NCBI GenBank assembly: GCA_964545575.1
Contig: CAZJFL010000001.1
Coordinates: 221,812-285,811, forward strand
Source: an uncultured Planctomycetales bacterium
GTDB taxonomy: Bacteria; Omnitrophota; Gorgyraeia; Gygaellales; Profunditerraquicolaceae
Direction: 5' to 3'
DNA: 64,000 nucleotides
Under the pieces are notes generated by a model, which saw only the letters and a program-made list of their open reading frames with translations, ran no database searches and had not been told where the DNA came from. The position numbers and the translations under genes are program-made. This document shows positions 15,001-27,000 of this stretch, in pieces; within the stretch, counting starts at the first letter, position 1, and each line of letters opens with the position of its first letter.

Positions 15001-18000
15001 TAATAATCGGCATCCCGTCTTCATTGACCAGCTTCCTTAAGAGGCCCAGGTAATGCGGCGGCGTCAGCGAAGACTCTAAGCTGACCTCATAGGCATAGAA
15101 CATATAGCGGATATCCCCGGCGTTATTGGGCATCGCCTTATAGGCCTCGACCATCTCATCGGCATTGATCTCAACAATAAAGACTGCGTCCTTGCCTGCG
15201 ACTAATTTACGGCCTTTAAACTTGGAGTTATTCACTGCCTGCACCAGGTACCTTAAGATGCGCTGCTCCGGAGCAACCTCGCCTTTACCCTTAGGCACGC
15301 TTAAGACAAATCCGCCGCGCGGGCCCTCGCCATAAACAATACAGTCTTTTTCCGCAGTGCTCTTTACGGCATCCTGGAATTTTTCCGCGATTTCAAACCA
15401 GACCGGGCCCTTATCAGGCTCTTTGGCCAATTCGCCGACGAACTGCACCCAGATATTCCAGGTGACCGTGCTTTCCGGGAAGGAATCCTTGATCTGCCGG
15501 CCGCCTTCTACAAATAACTTTGCCTGGGTAGCATCTAAAACTACCCTCTTGATACCGTCTGCCTGGGGGCTATCAAAGAGGGTCTGGCCGTGGTCCTGAG
15601 CCATAATCTCTCTTTTTACCTCTGGGGCATGCTTTGCCCAGTCGCTTACGGTCATTGCCCCGCCTTTATGCGTTCTCTCTTTGCAGCGTTGTCTTGCGCC
15701 GGGGTCAGCGGTCCACCAGTCTAATCCAGCTGCCCAGAAGTTACCGAAGAAATAGCGGAAAAATCTGGTCAGCCATAACGACTGCGGCACGACAAAAGGC
15801 AGGAAGGATAACTGCAGGTTCTGATAGCTTAAAACCGAAGGCAATAAAATTATCGACATCACCAGCGAGAAGATGGCAAATTTCCCGCTGGCTATTGGCC
15901 CGGCAGCTAAGAACTGGTCAGAGTCTCCTTTGGTGGCCACAAAATATGCCGGCGGCTTTATCTTAGAGAAGAACCCTCTCTCCTTGGGCTTGTAGGCGAC
16001 AATCCCCGGGAAGAGCCCTAAAGGAGCGAAGGTCAAAATCTCAGCATATAACAGCAGGTTGATAAAGAAGAATGTTATCTTATCAAAAGCTAACTTAAAG
16101 AATGACTGTTTCTTCTTATCTGCCTGCATCCTGGCGCGCACTGCCTCCAGGGTCTTTAAGAATAGCTGGTGATGCAGGAACCTCTGGATATCTGCAGCAA
16201 GCAGGCTAAAGAAGGTTTTTAAATCAAACATGAGATTTTTATACCAGGGACGGGTTTTTCTCTGCTGGCCGTAATCCTGTCTTTGCTTGGCAATTTTCTG
16301 GCGCAGGTCTTTCTGGCTATTCTCTAATGTCGCGATCAGGTTCTCTTTGCTGACTAAAGTCCTTTCCATGATCGCGGCTTTCAGGTGGCCGGCGCCTTCG
16401 TGCCAGCCGATAGTATGGAAGTATTGGGCCAGGGTAATCAAGAGCGTTTCCGGTGCGCCTATAAGATAAGCCCAAATAATATAGAAATAGGTAGGATAGA
16501 CTGATTCTGGCGCCATGGTAAAGAGGGCGGCGGTATTGATAAAATAGCCCGGCACCAAGAGATGATTGACTAAGACCATCAGGCGGTCAAGAAAACCGGC
16601 GGCCAAGCCCGGCGCAGCATTCCCGCTTAATTCCCGGGCAGCGCGTTGAGTAGCTCTTTTATCGGAGAACACCTTTACCGCTATGCGTAACGAATAGAAT
16701 ATGGCCAGGTTAAGTAAAAGCGGCCCGAATGCCCGCGGGCCAACCACAGCCAAGAGGGATAAATTTAAGATAGTAACACCTAAGCCTAAGGCAAACTCTG
16801 TCAGATAAGCAGGCTGCAGGAGTTTTTTCAATTCAACGCTCAGGCCCTGGCGCGGGTAGTGTTTTTCTAAGAAGACAAAAGTTTTATTGATCGCGGTATT
16901 AAGTAGCCGCCCGGCTAAAGGTAATCCTTTAACAAAAAGCTGCTTTAGAGCGATAAACCCGAGAATGACCAAGAAGATGGCCTTACCTTTAAAGGCCAGC
17001 GCTATGGCAAGCGGCAAAAGTGTAGGAAGCGGGATGACGTTGTGTATGGCTTTAAGTATAGAGCGAAGGTTTGATTTGATGCGGCCGGATAAGGGGCCTT
17101 GCGGCGGGCCTTGCGAGTAGCCGCGGGATTTAAAGAGGAGTTTATAGAGGCCGTAGAGAATAGCGAAGCCGCAGGCAGCTACGGATAAAATCGGCTGACC
17201 CACAAGATATCCGGCAATGGCCAGGGCTAAAGAAGTGAGTAAAACCGGCGAATTTAAGATGACATTGCCGGCTCCCGATACACCACCCTTTCCTTGCTGT
17301 TGCATTAAACTTTCTAATTCTTTCAGGTATGGCTGCAATACGTCTAGAAATCTATGAACATCAATACCTCTATTAACCTCAATTATATTGTGGTCTAAGA
17401 AAAGATGGATATCCATTCTCGTCATCTTGTATAGTATTTTATTATTCTTTTTATCGAAGAGACAAATAAACACAGAAGGCATGCTTTTATCACAGATAGG
17501 GCATGTGCTTAAGCCTCTATCCTGAATGAGATAGCATTCAGGATCTGCCATGATCACTAACGGGCATATTTCTAGTGATTTATTATTCCTTATAGCCAAA
17601 AGGTAAGCAGCAACTTTACGGACTAATATGTCGGCAGGAGGAGCGGGAGGGGCAGGAAGAGCCAAGCTTTCTCTAATCGCCCTTATCGCCAAAATAGTCT
17701 GTTCTGGCGCTAAGACTGTTTGTAAAAGATGCTTATATAATAAATCGGCTTCATATCCTGTGATAGCATCGGCCAATGAATATAAAGCGGCAGCGAGATC
17801 GCTTGCATCTATAGGAGGAAGACGCTGAATACAGTCTTTATAATTCTCCAGACTAATCTCTAAGTAGTTACCAGCGGGATCACGCCGAGAAGCCAAAATA
17901 TATATAATCTTACCACTTGAGAGGAGCACATTTTGTAATAAATGTTTCCTCTCTGCCAAGAATTCCTCGACTTTTCCCAGATCCCAGCTGGTGTACTCGG

Positions 18001-21000
18001 TAATAGAGGATTTAATCGCTTGGACTATCCCGGGGCGGAATTTTAAATAGGCTAACTCTGCGGCTTTTTTCTCTTCGTAGTAGTCTATATAAGGTAATTC
18101 TGCCTGTAAATTCTCTTCGTGCGTGCCGCCACTTAACTCATGGACCGAGTGTTTAACTTGACGGTATAAAGGTAACTCACTACCATCATTGGCGTTAGTA
18201 GAGACGATGTAATCTACATCGTCATTGGCAGCATAGTAGGTGAGTCCATCCTGCTCATCTAAGATAGGTTCTGGCCCGGCGCGTAGGTGTCCACCTTTAA
18301 TCAACGCTCTTAATTTTGCCTCTTTCTCAGTCTGTCCGGTGGCCCGGTAGTATGCCAAGAGCTCTTGAGCCAGGGGATCATTCTCATCGGTGATTTGTCG
18401 GATGCCGGGGAAGTCGAAGCCTTTTGCCTTCATCCTGGCAAATTTAGCCTTAACTTGCGCCTCGGTCCTTCCTTCTCTGGGCTTGGCTGGGTCTTTTATC
18501 GACGCCTTGCGCGGGCATTCTTTACCATTAGTATTTTTACCAGCCGCTGCGGCTGGGGCTTCCTCCGGATGCAGAATCTTGTCAATCCTGGCAATAATAG
18601 CGGTGATTTCTCTTCTCTCCTGCTCATCACAGAAACCTAATCTGCCGCTATGAGTTGACGCCGCCATACCAAAAAGAATAACCAGCCTGTTGTGTAACTG
18701 CGCCCTTAAATGAGACATTGCCGCAGAATCGCCCTGTTTAAGATGAATGACTGCCGCGATATCATCTCTACCTTCACTAAGAGTAGTAGGGATGGTAGAG
18801 CGCAGTTTACCCATAGCATTACTAACTGCTTTTTTATCATAGCCTGCCTTTTTAGTTTTTTCTTTTTTAACTGCAACTTCCGGCTGCGCCGCAGAAGGCA
18901 GAGGCTTGCGCGCTTGGGCTAAATCCGGAATAAGGAATTCGGGATTTAAAAATGCTTCTTCAAGGCTCACGCTTAAATCCGTTTGCTTATTCTGGCCATC
19001 GACCATTAAAACAGCCAATTCTAACAATTTGCCTTCTAATTTATTCTTCTCCTGGGGGGCATAAGCGCTAATATAGCTTTCATACTCGCTCCCGGAGATT
19101 CTCAGCAATGCCTGACAATCAAGGGTAACCACCGCCAGTATGTTTTTCATAATATTGGCGCGAAGCTCTAATGCCGCATGTAATAGTTTTCTTGCCCTTC
19201 CCTGTTCTAAACGGCTTTCAACATCTTCTCTGCTATTACTGCTATAATGCGCTATGGCGCTTAATACTCTCTCCCGGATATTTTTCCCTGTGGGAATAAA
19301 AACACTTGGCGCCTCGCTGACAGCAGAAACAGCCGCGACTTCCTTGGGGTCATGCTGCACTGTCCCTGCTGGAGCCTCGGCTACCGGTCCAGCCACGGAT
19401 GAATCCGGTTCCCCTTGAGACGCCATTAGTGTTGATTTCGCTCTTCTTCTTGCACGCGCCCTATCAGCCCTGGACTGGCGACGGCGCAGTACGCTTCGTT
19501 TAATTGACGCCACCGCCTCATCCTTTAGCATCGCATAGAAATCTCCTTTTTTACCTAAAGCGGCTACGAGCTCGGCGAGACCGGCGCAGAGATACAACGC
19601 CCCTATAATTTCTACGATAAAAAGTGGCGTAGGCCCGAGTGAAAACGCTGCCCATGGCCTGATTACAAGAATTATAAAGGCATATACAACCACATTCGCC
19701 ATAAAGCCGCCGAATAGCGTCAGCAGACGGCCTGCAGCATGTCCGCCGGACTCCAATTTCACTTCTCCGGTATAGAATACGCCTTTTAGTCTGGCCTGCA
19801 TTTTTTGGCCGGTTATTTTCGCCATAATCATGTGGCCTAATACATGGGTGAGGGTAATTAACGTAAACATAAGGATTACACGTATAAAGGCGTTTAGAAC
19901 CGGATGGCTTTTCTTAAGGAAGCTGGCTAAGTAAAGATGTACCGTTCTATTTTTATCGGCCGCTGCGGCGGGCAATGAAGCCCTAAAGGCCCCCACCAGC
20001 CACGGAGAGGTGACCTTCCGCAGCGACCGAGGTATTTCCACTTGATACAACTTAACAAGCGGTTTACTAAAGCAATTAAACTCTTTGCAGACGATAAGCC
20101 CAATTTCTCTTGCCGCGCAGTATGCCTCGAATGATTCGCACTCACTTTTATGTATCGGGGCATAACAACCGTCGAGGTCATCGCCATGCAAAATATAACC
20201 ATGATTTTTGAGGGCCCTGATAACCGCATCAAACAACTTTTCCTTATCTGTTGTTTCCGTGGATACGCCAAGCATAATAATCGCCTTGGCTGAGTGCGGC
20301 TTGATTATAGCTTCTTCCATAGTAGTTGGGCGGTAAGAGATGCGGCCGGTGATATCTATGCCGGCGCGCTCCTTTACGGCGACTGCCGCCTCATCCACAA
20401 GCTCGCGTAGCGTATGGTTCTGCGTCCTGAATCTATTGGCGGGGTCAGAGCGAGTGTCCGGCTGAACTACGGTCACCTTTGCCCCGCAGGCTGCCGGATA
20501 AACAGCCTCTCCATACTTTGTGCGAGGACCAATGTTGATTACGCTATCGCCCCGCTTCAGGTACATTTCATCAGCTGCTTCCACAACCATGCCGGCTCTT
20601 AAAAGTTCTTTTACCTTTAAGAGTTTGGCGCGGCGCACGCATTTGACGATTAAATATACAACTATGCCTACCATAACCGTTAGGCAGATTACTAAACGCG
20701 CTACCTGCCCAAACTCTGCCTGCAGATGACTGAAGTTGAAGGGACTTGCACTGGCGACACCGACACCAGCCGCCGATAAACCAAGGGCGCATTTACCGAT
20801 CCTGGCTTTCATAAGTGCTCCCTGTACGGTATATATCCCCCCCGCAGTCCTATCCAGCTGCTGCCTGCCGAAAGAATGCCAATCAATCCGCGATTCATCT
20901 ATCGGTGGCTTATTCTTAAGCAACAATAAAATATTTATTAGTAATCTTCCGGTGCGGCCGTTGCCGTCTGAAAACGGATGGATATTAATGAATTCCAGAA

Positions 21001-24000
21001 ATGCTGCCGCCACAAATTCATAAAGCTCATCGTCCTTGGCAAATTTTTTACCTCTGATTACATTTAAGTTGGCGATAAGTGACTCCAGCTCCTCTGAAAG
21101 CTTATAGCGCAACGCAAACGGGTTCCGCGCCATAAAAGGACGGTCTTCGTTGGCCCTGAACCTCCCCATCACCCAAGACGGATTATCATCTTCATGCTTA
21201 GGGACAACCCGATTCATCTGCTGAAGCGCCTGCGCAGTAAATCCATCCTTATCTATACGCGAAAGTATTTCTCGGATTTTACCTTCCTCTACTTGCATGT
21301 TTTCGGCCACTGCCTTTATATGCGCCTGCGCAGACGGCTGCCGCTTACGCCGTGCGTGTGCACTCTCCCGCCTTATGCGTAATCCTAAAACCGTGCCTAC
21401 TGTGGCCAGCGCGCCGAGGCCAAGAATCAATTCCTGCGTCGCGCTTAAATCTATGCCGCAATATAAAACCAGCGTCACCAACCCCAAGCCCAACAGCCCC
21501 CTGCCGCTGCCGGGCAGCCGGCTCCGGATTTCGGCTAGCACATCTTTTGCTTCAGACGCCTCGCCCTCGCCGCGGGAATTGCCGTTGTCGCGGGAGATGG
21601 GATAAGGCTTATTTCCGTTATCGTTAGACACATTATTCTTTATTAGGTCATGTAAATACCAAAATAAATTAAAAGCGGCATCCGCAAAGAAAAGATACGC
21701 CACCAGAGGCATACTTTTAATTAAAGTGGCTACGCCTAAGGCGGCTGGCAATAGAATTGTGGCTAATCTCATTAAAGTTATCGAAAGCGCTTTCTCTTCA
21801 GCGAAAATAAAAATTGGCAATGCTCCGGGCCCTTTGGGTGGCCTTCGATTATTAAGAAGCCATAGGATAATAGTAATAGCTATGCTTAAGCCTGATAGCG
21901 AACTCATAAATAAATAATTTTTATCCGTAATTCCTATAAGATAACGCGCTACAATAGGCGGCAAGGCTATTCCCGACAGAATAATTAATGGAATTATAAA
22001 GGCGTACTTATGCCTGCTTATAAAGTTCTTGAGCCTTGAGGCAAGAGAAGGCGTAAGCGCTGCCTTCTCCTGCTTAGTGAGCGAGATTTGGCTTTGCGAT
22101 GAGAAGATTTCTGGCTTTCTCTCGGATGAACTCGGCTGCCTCGTTGCTGACTTCAACCCAGTTGCCAGCGCTCGTCCTGCCGCAGACTTTGCCGTCGGGC
22201 AGAATGAAGAAGTCATACTCATAGGACCAGTGGTCGTATTTGGCAGACGCCCATAACCCGCCTTTAATAGGAGTGACTCTACAAACCTCAAGATTCTGGA
22301 AGTTACACATCGGACACCTCCTTTTGTTTGTCTTGCGGCTAATAATTCTCTATCACTCTTAAGCAGCGCCTGATGGTCGGCGAAACTGTGGATATAGAAT
22401 ACTGCCGTGGCTATCAGCGGCAGAAAAGCCGACGCTTTATCTATACTGCCCAATATGTAGGCTGCCGCAAGAGATACTATCGACATGATAAAACTCACCA
22501 GCGGCCCGGCGCGTAAAGATTTCCTTGCCAGTAAATGTCCGAATTCATGGATGCCCCAGCCAACCAGTGAAATAATCAAGGAGGCCACAACGGAAAATGC
22601 CAGCCAGACCTGCCAGAGAGCGGCATATTTATTTCCCGGGCCAAGGCAGATAAAGAGCGTGCCGATTACCGCCCCCGCCAGCCACCCGCCCAAGAGGTAT
22701 TTCCAGTTCAGCTGCGGCTTAAGCGCCTCGTCCTCGCCGCGGTAGGCGGTATATTTATCCGCTACAGCAGAAAGGTATTCTGCAACATGCGCACCTACCG
22801 GATACCGCCCGCTTACTTCTATGGGCCATTTTACGGTCAAAAGGAACGCACAATCTTTAGTAGGACTGTAATTGCGTACGGTATAATAATTCCCCTGCCC
22901 CTTAAAGATAATCAAATCTGCCTGCTGCCAAGCGCGGAAAAATTCCGGAGAAATACGCGCTAAATCAGTGCCTAAGGCAATAGTGCCGGTGCCAATAATT
23001 TTTAAGCCAGCAAAATCCCGGCCAAAAATTTTCCGGATGCCTTCATCTGCCAACAGCCCTGCCAAATCTTCTCTTGTCGCATCATTAGAAGCGGGAAGCG
23101 ATTTCCCTGCAAAAGTTACCTTATGGCCAAGATTAAGCAGCTCGTTTATCAACGCTAAATCAAAAACGTCTTCGCCTACGTTATCGACTACGTACACAAT
23201 ATTCATCTGCTCGCGGAGCAATCTTTCTTTTAATTTTTCCGTATCATTCTTTTTCCAAAAATCAGCCGCGGCAAAATCACTTTCTATAATTTTCTCTACT
23301 AAAGAGAAGCCATCGGAAAGGAGCGCTTCGCGTATACGCGGCTCTGATAAATCTAAAATATTTCCGATTACGCACAAACGTAATGCCGCTTCCAAACGAT
23401 CTGGCGCCTTATTAATCAAAGTTAGCGCCTTGCCTAAAAGTGAGAATGCGGCAGTACGGATACCTTGTTTATACTGCCAGTCGGGATCAGCGAATTCCAC
23501 GGCAATGCGTATAATCTCTAAATCTACCTCTAAGACTTCATAGCTGGTCCAATCTTTTATCCGCGGCATTGCTAAGAATGTTTTGATGGCAGAGGCAAAT
23601 TTCTCCCTTACCTTTTCGTCAGGAACCGCCCTTTCCAAAAGCCTAAGATCGGTTTCACGACGCCGGTTGATTAAGTTAGTGGCAGAATCGCTACCTGCGA
23701 GCATATCTCTTATAAATGTACTGCCGTAATGATATTCGCTTGTCGGATGAGCTATCGCATTTAGCACATAGAGCTTGCTGCGGTCAAAGTATCTAATGAC
23801 ATTTTCTACGAACTCTTCAGGGCTAATTTTTCCCGCTAAAAAGCTCCTTCTCAATAATAGCGCGCTATCTTCAAAATCTTCCCGCAACAGGGCATTAACA
23901 TCTACCGGTGTCAGTAATAAAATGGCTTTGGATACCACCCAGCGCAAAGGATCAAGGTTTAACGCTGCTATATCAATACCATATTGGGCGCAAATACTAG

Positions 24001-27000
24001 ACACCCTCCGCGAAAGCTGGGCGTGTTCAGAATTATCTATATTGATAGTCCTGCTAAAATTATCCAGAACTGCCATGCGATTTTCTCCATCCGGCAGGAA
24101 TTGCAAACATTCTCTGGCGATATCATCTTCGTGTTCTTCCAGTAAATAGAAATAAAGGTTGCGGATTCCTTCCTCCGTATCCCTGATCGCCTCGCCATTA
24201 TCATCGCTTAGGCCTTTAACGATGTGGCTGATGAGCTCATGATACAGGATTTCGATTTGTTTGGCTTCGGGAAGGCTAAAGAAATACGGATGGAAATATA
24301 CGGTCTTGGAGGCAATATTGCATACGGCGACGTGGACTTTGTCGCCTACAGTAAAGTAAGGTTCGAAGTTAGTGACAATCAGCTGCCAGTCAGATAACTC
24401 CGGCGGCGCGCGGCCAAAAAACTGCTCCAGCAATTCTAAGGCCTTCCTCATCATATCTTCATCCCGGCTTCCTAATCTGGAGCCTTTAAGCGATGGAACG
24501 CGGAAACCTTCTCCCCGCGCCGCATACCAGAGATTAGGACGGAAGTTACGCTGCCGTTCTAGAAAATCCCGGGGCACTTCTAGCGGATGGGCGTTGGGTT
24601 CATCGGCATCCTTTACTTCTTTATTAATGACTACCCCTGAATCTTTCGTTACTGTACCAACTACGCCCCCGACTTTTCTTGCCAAAACAACCTGACCACC
24701 CTGCGCTGCTAAATCCTCGGCAGCCTCTGTTATATTTCTTCTTGCCACTCTTAAGTCTTTTGCGTTCCTGGTATAGCGCATTACCTGGCCCTCTTCATCG
24801 ATGGACTGGCCTGTTTCATCTACCATATCTTCTAAATCATCAATGGCATTACGCAACGCCTCTTTATCATGTGCCACTGCCAACAGGTATTGCGCCAGGC
24901 TTAAGCCTTTAATCCTGGCGATAGATGCAGAAATCCAGGGAGCGCTCAAGCCCACAGACTGCCTGTCACCCTCTACTAACTCTAATCTGACGTAACCACA
25001 CTGATATTGGCGCAGCCTGGCGAAACTTGCGCTCAAGCTGGCAAGGGAATTTATGAATTCCTGCTTTTCTTTGTCCCCGTAAGTATCAAGATCCAAAGCC
25101 GCTAGACCGCAGGCAGCCAGATGTATTCTCTTTAACACAGCCTTTTCTGCGTCAGAAAGGCGCTCATAAATCCCAAAAAGCTGTCTTCTATATTCCATCT
25201 TGTAGCAGGAAGCATCATTAGCTGCTCCGCCCCGCGCTCTAAATTCACCTTCGCTATAGATAAGACAACGCTGCATATCCATATTTCCGTAATGCTGGGG
25301 TTTATTCTCATCATTATCCTCGAGCAGTTGCGCAGTGGCATTACTGACGCCTAATTTGCTCAGCCGCCTATTTAACTCATCCCTGTAGCGAGAAACCTGC
25401 ACCCTAGAAAGATTCCCCTGATAATACAGGGTGAGCCGGTCGATATCGCAACCTACCATCCATAAGCCCAGATTAAACGAGCAAAGCATCGAGCTTATCT
25501 CGCTGATCCTCGCCCCGGTCTCGCTTTCTAATTTCTGCATAAAATCTTTTAAGGCAGCTATGATCGCCTCTGTGCCTTCGGGAAATCCGTATTCGCTCTG
25601 CGCTACTACATCACCGTTATCTACCGACCCGCCGTTGTCGCGGGAGCCGTTGTTAGAATCACTATCCCGGCGTTCTAACGAAGCGATGTAATCTAGCTTT
25701 CTCTGTATCTTGCCTGCCAAAGATGGCTGGAGCCTTACTACTTCTACCCAGTCCGCCCTGGTCTCGCTAAATTTTCCTAAGATAGCATGGGCATTACCGC
25801 GATTATAAAGTGCCTCAATATCTTCAGGATCTATTTTAAGTGCTGAGCTAAACCAATTGACGGCTTCACTAAACTCGCGCGCTTGCGCATAGATAATCCC
25901 GGTATTCACATGGGCATCGAGATTCTGCTGGTCCAATGCAATCGTCTGGGAATAATCGGAAAGGGCTTCCTTGGTATAGCCATTATCTAAATAGCTTAGC
26001 CCCCGGTTAAAGTATACGTTTGGATTTTGTGGATCAAACCCTAAAGCCCGGTTAAAGCAATTTAAGGCATTCTTAAAATCTCCTGCCTTAGAATATCTGA
26101 CACCCATTTTATCTAACACAGTGCAAATTAGGCCATCTTTATCCATTAACCTGATACGCCGATGCATATCTGTGACTCTGCCTAAATTAGAAAGATACTG
26201 ACTGCCAGACTCAGCCTTAAACTCATCTTCTAAGACAAAAATATGGCTTACTTTATGATATGCTAAATCTACCAACGCCTTCATATTGTTAGCAAGATTA
26301 AGTAATATGGCTACATGCGAAACCCGCTTGCCCCATATGTTTACGGTAATACTGATGGGGATTACCGTTAAGCCGACCGCTTTTGCGATGACAAAGAAAA
26401 GCTGGGTGAACCCTACGCAATCAGCCTTCCTCTGCTCAACTATATCTTCAAGATCAAACGCGCTTGCTTCTTCCATATCGGATTCTATTGCGGGATTAAG
26501 GGTATCGAAAATCTTTGCTGCGACCTTCACTTCCGCGCGAACTTTCCTTTCTTCGTTGCCACTTTGCCTTACATCCTCAAGCAAACCTTTAAGCTCCAAA
26601 ATATCTATCCCTAAGCTATCTAAAAACTCTCCTATGCTCTCGGATACCCTCTGGGGATTATCTATGTAACTTAACTCCTCAAGCTGAGCACGAAGTAATT
26701 TTTGCGCTCTGACCCTTGCTGTATCATCTAAAGAGCCGCCGTTGTCCACCGAGCCGGCGCTATCGCGGGCAGAACATGCCAATAAGGCTGCTCCCACCAA
26801 TGCCGCATCTACCATTTCTTTTACTTTTGGAATCTCATCGGCTAATATCACAACAAAATCATAGCTTTTATCTGTAAGTTCTTTTTGCAGTGCGGGCAAG
26901 GCATACCGGCGCGCCGGCTTACTTAACAGCCACCCTCCCAAAATAAATATGCTTGTTCCTTTCACGTCCTGCCAGAACTGAGCTTCTAAGCGAGGCTCTT

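Noticed and set aside
25200-25560. Pol-beta-type nucleotidyltransferase (CSFNLG...CDID)
   Set aside because: The resemblance to GS...SDxD is too degenerate to call without a profile search
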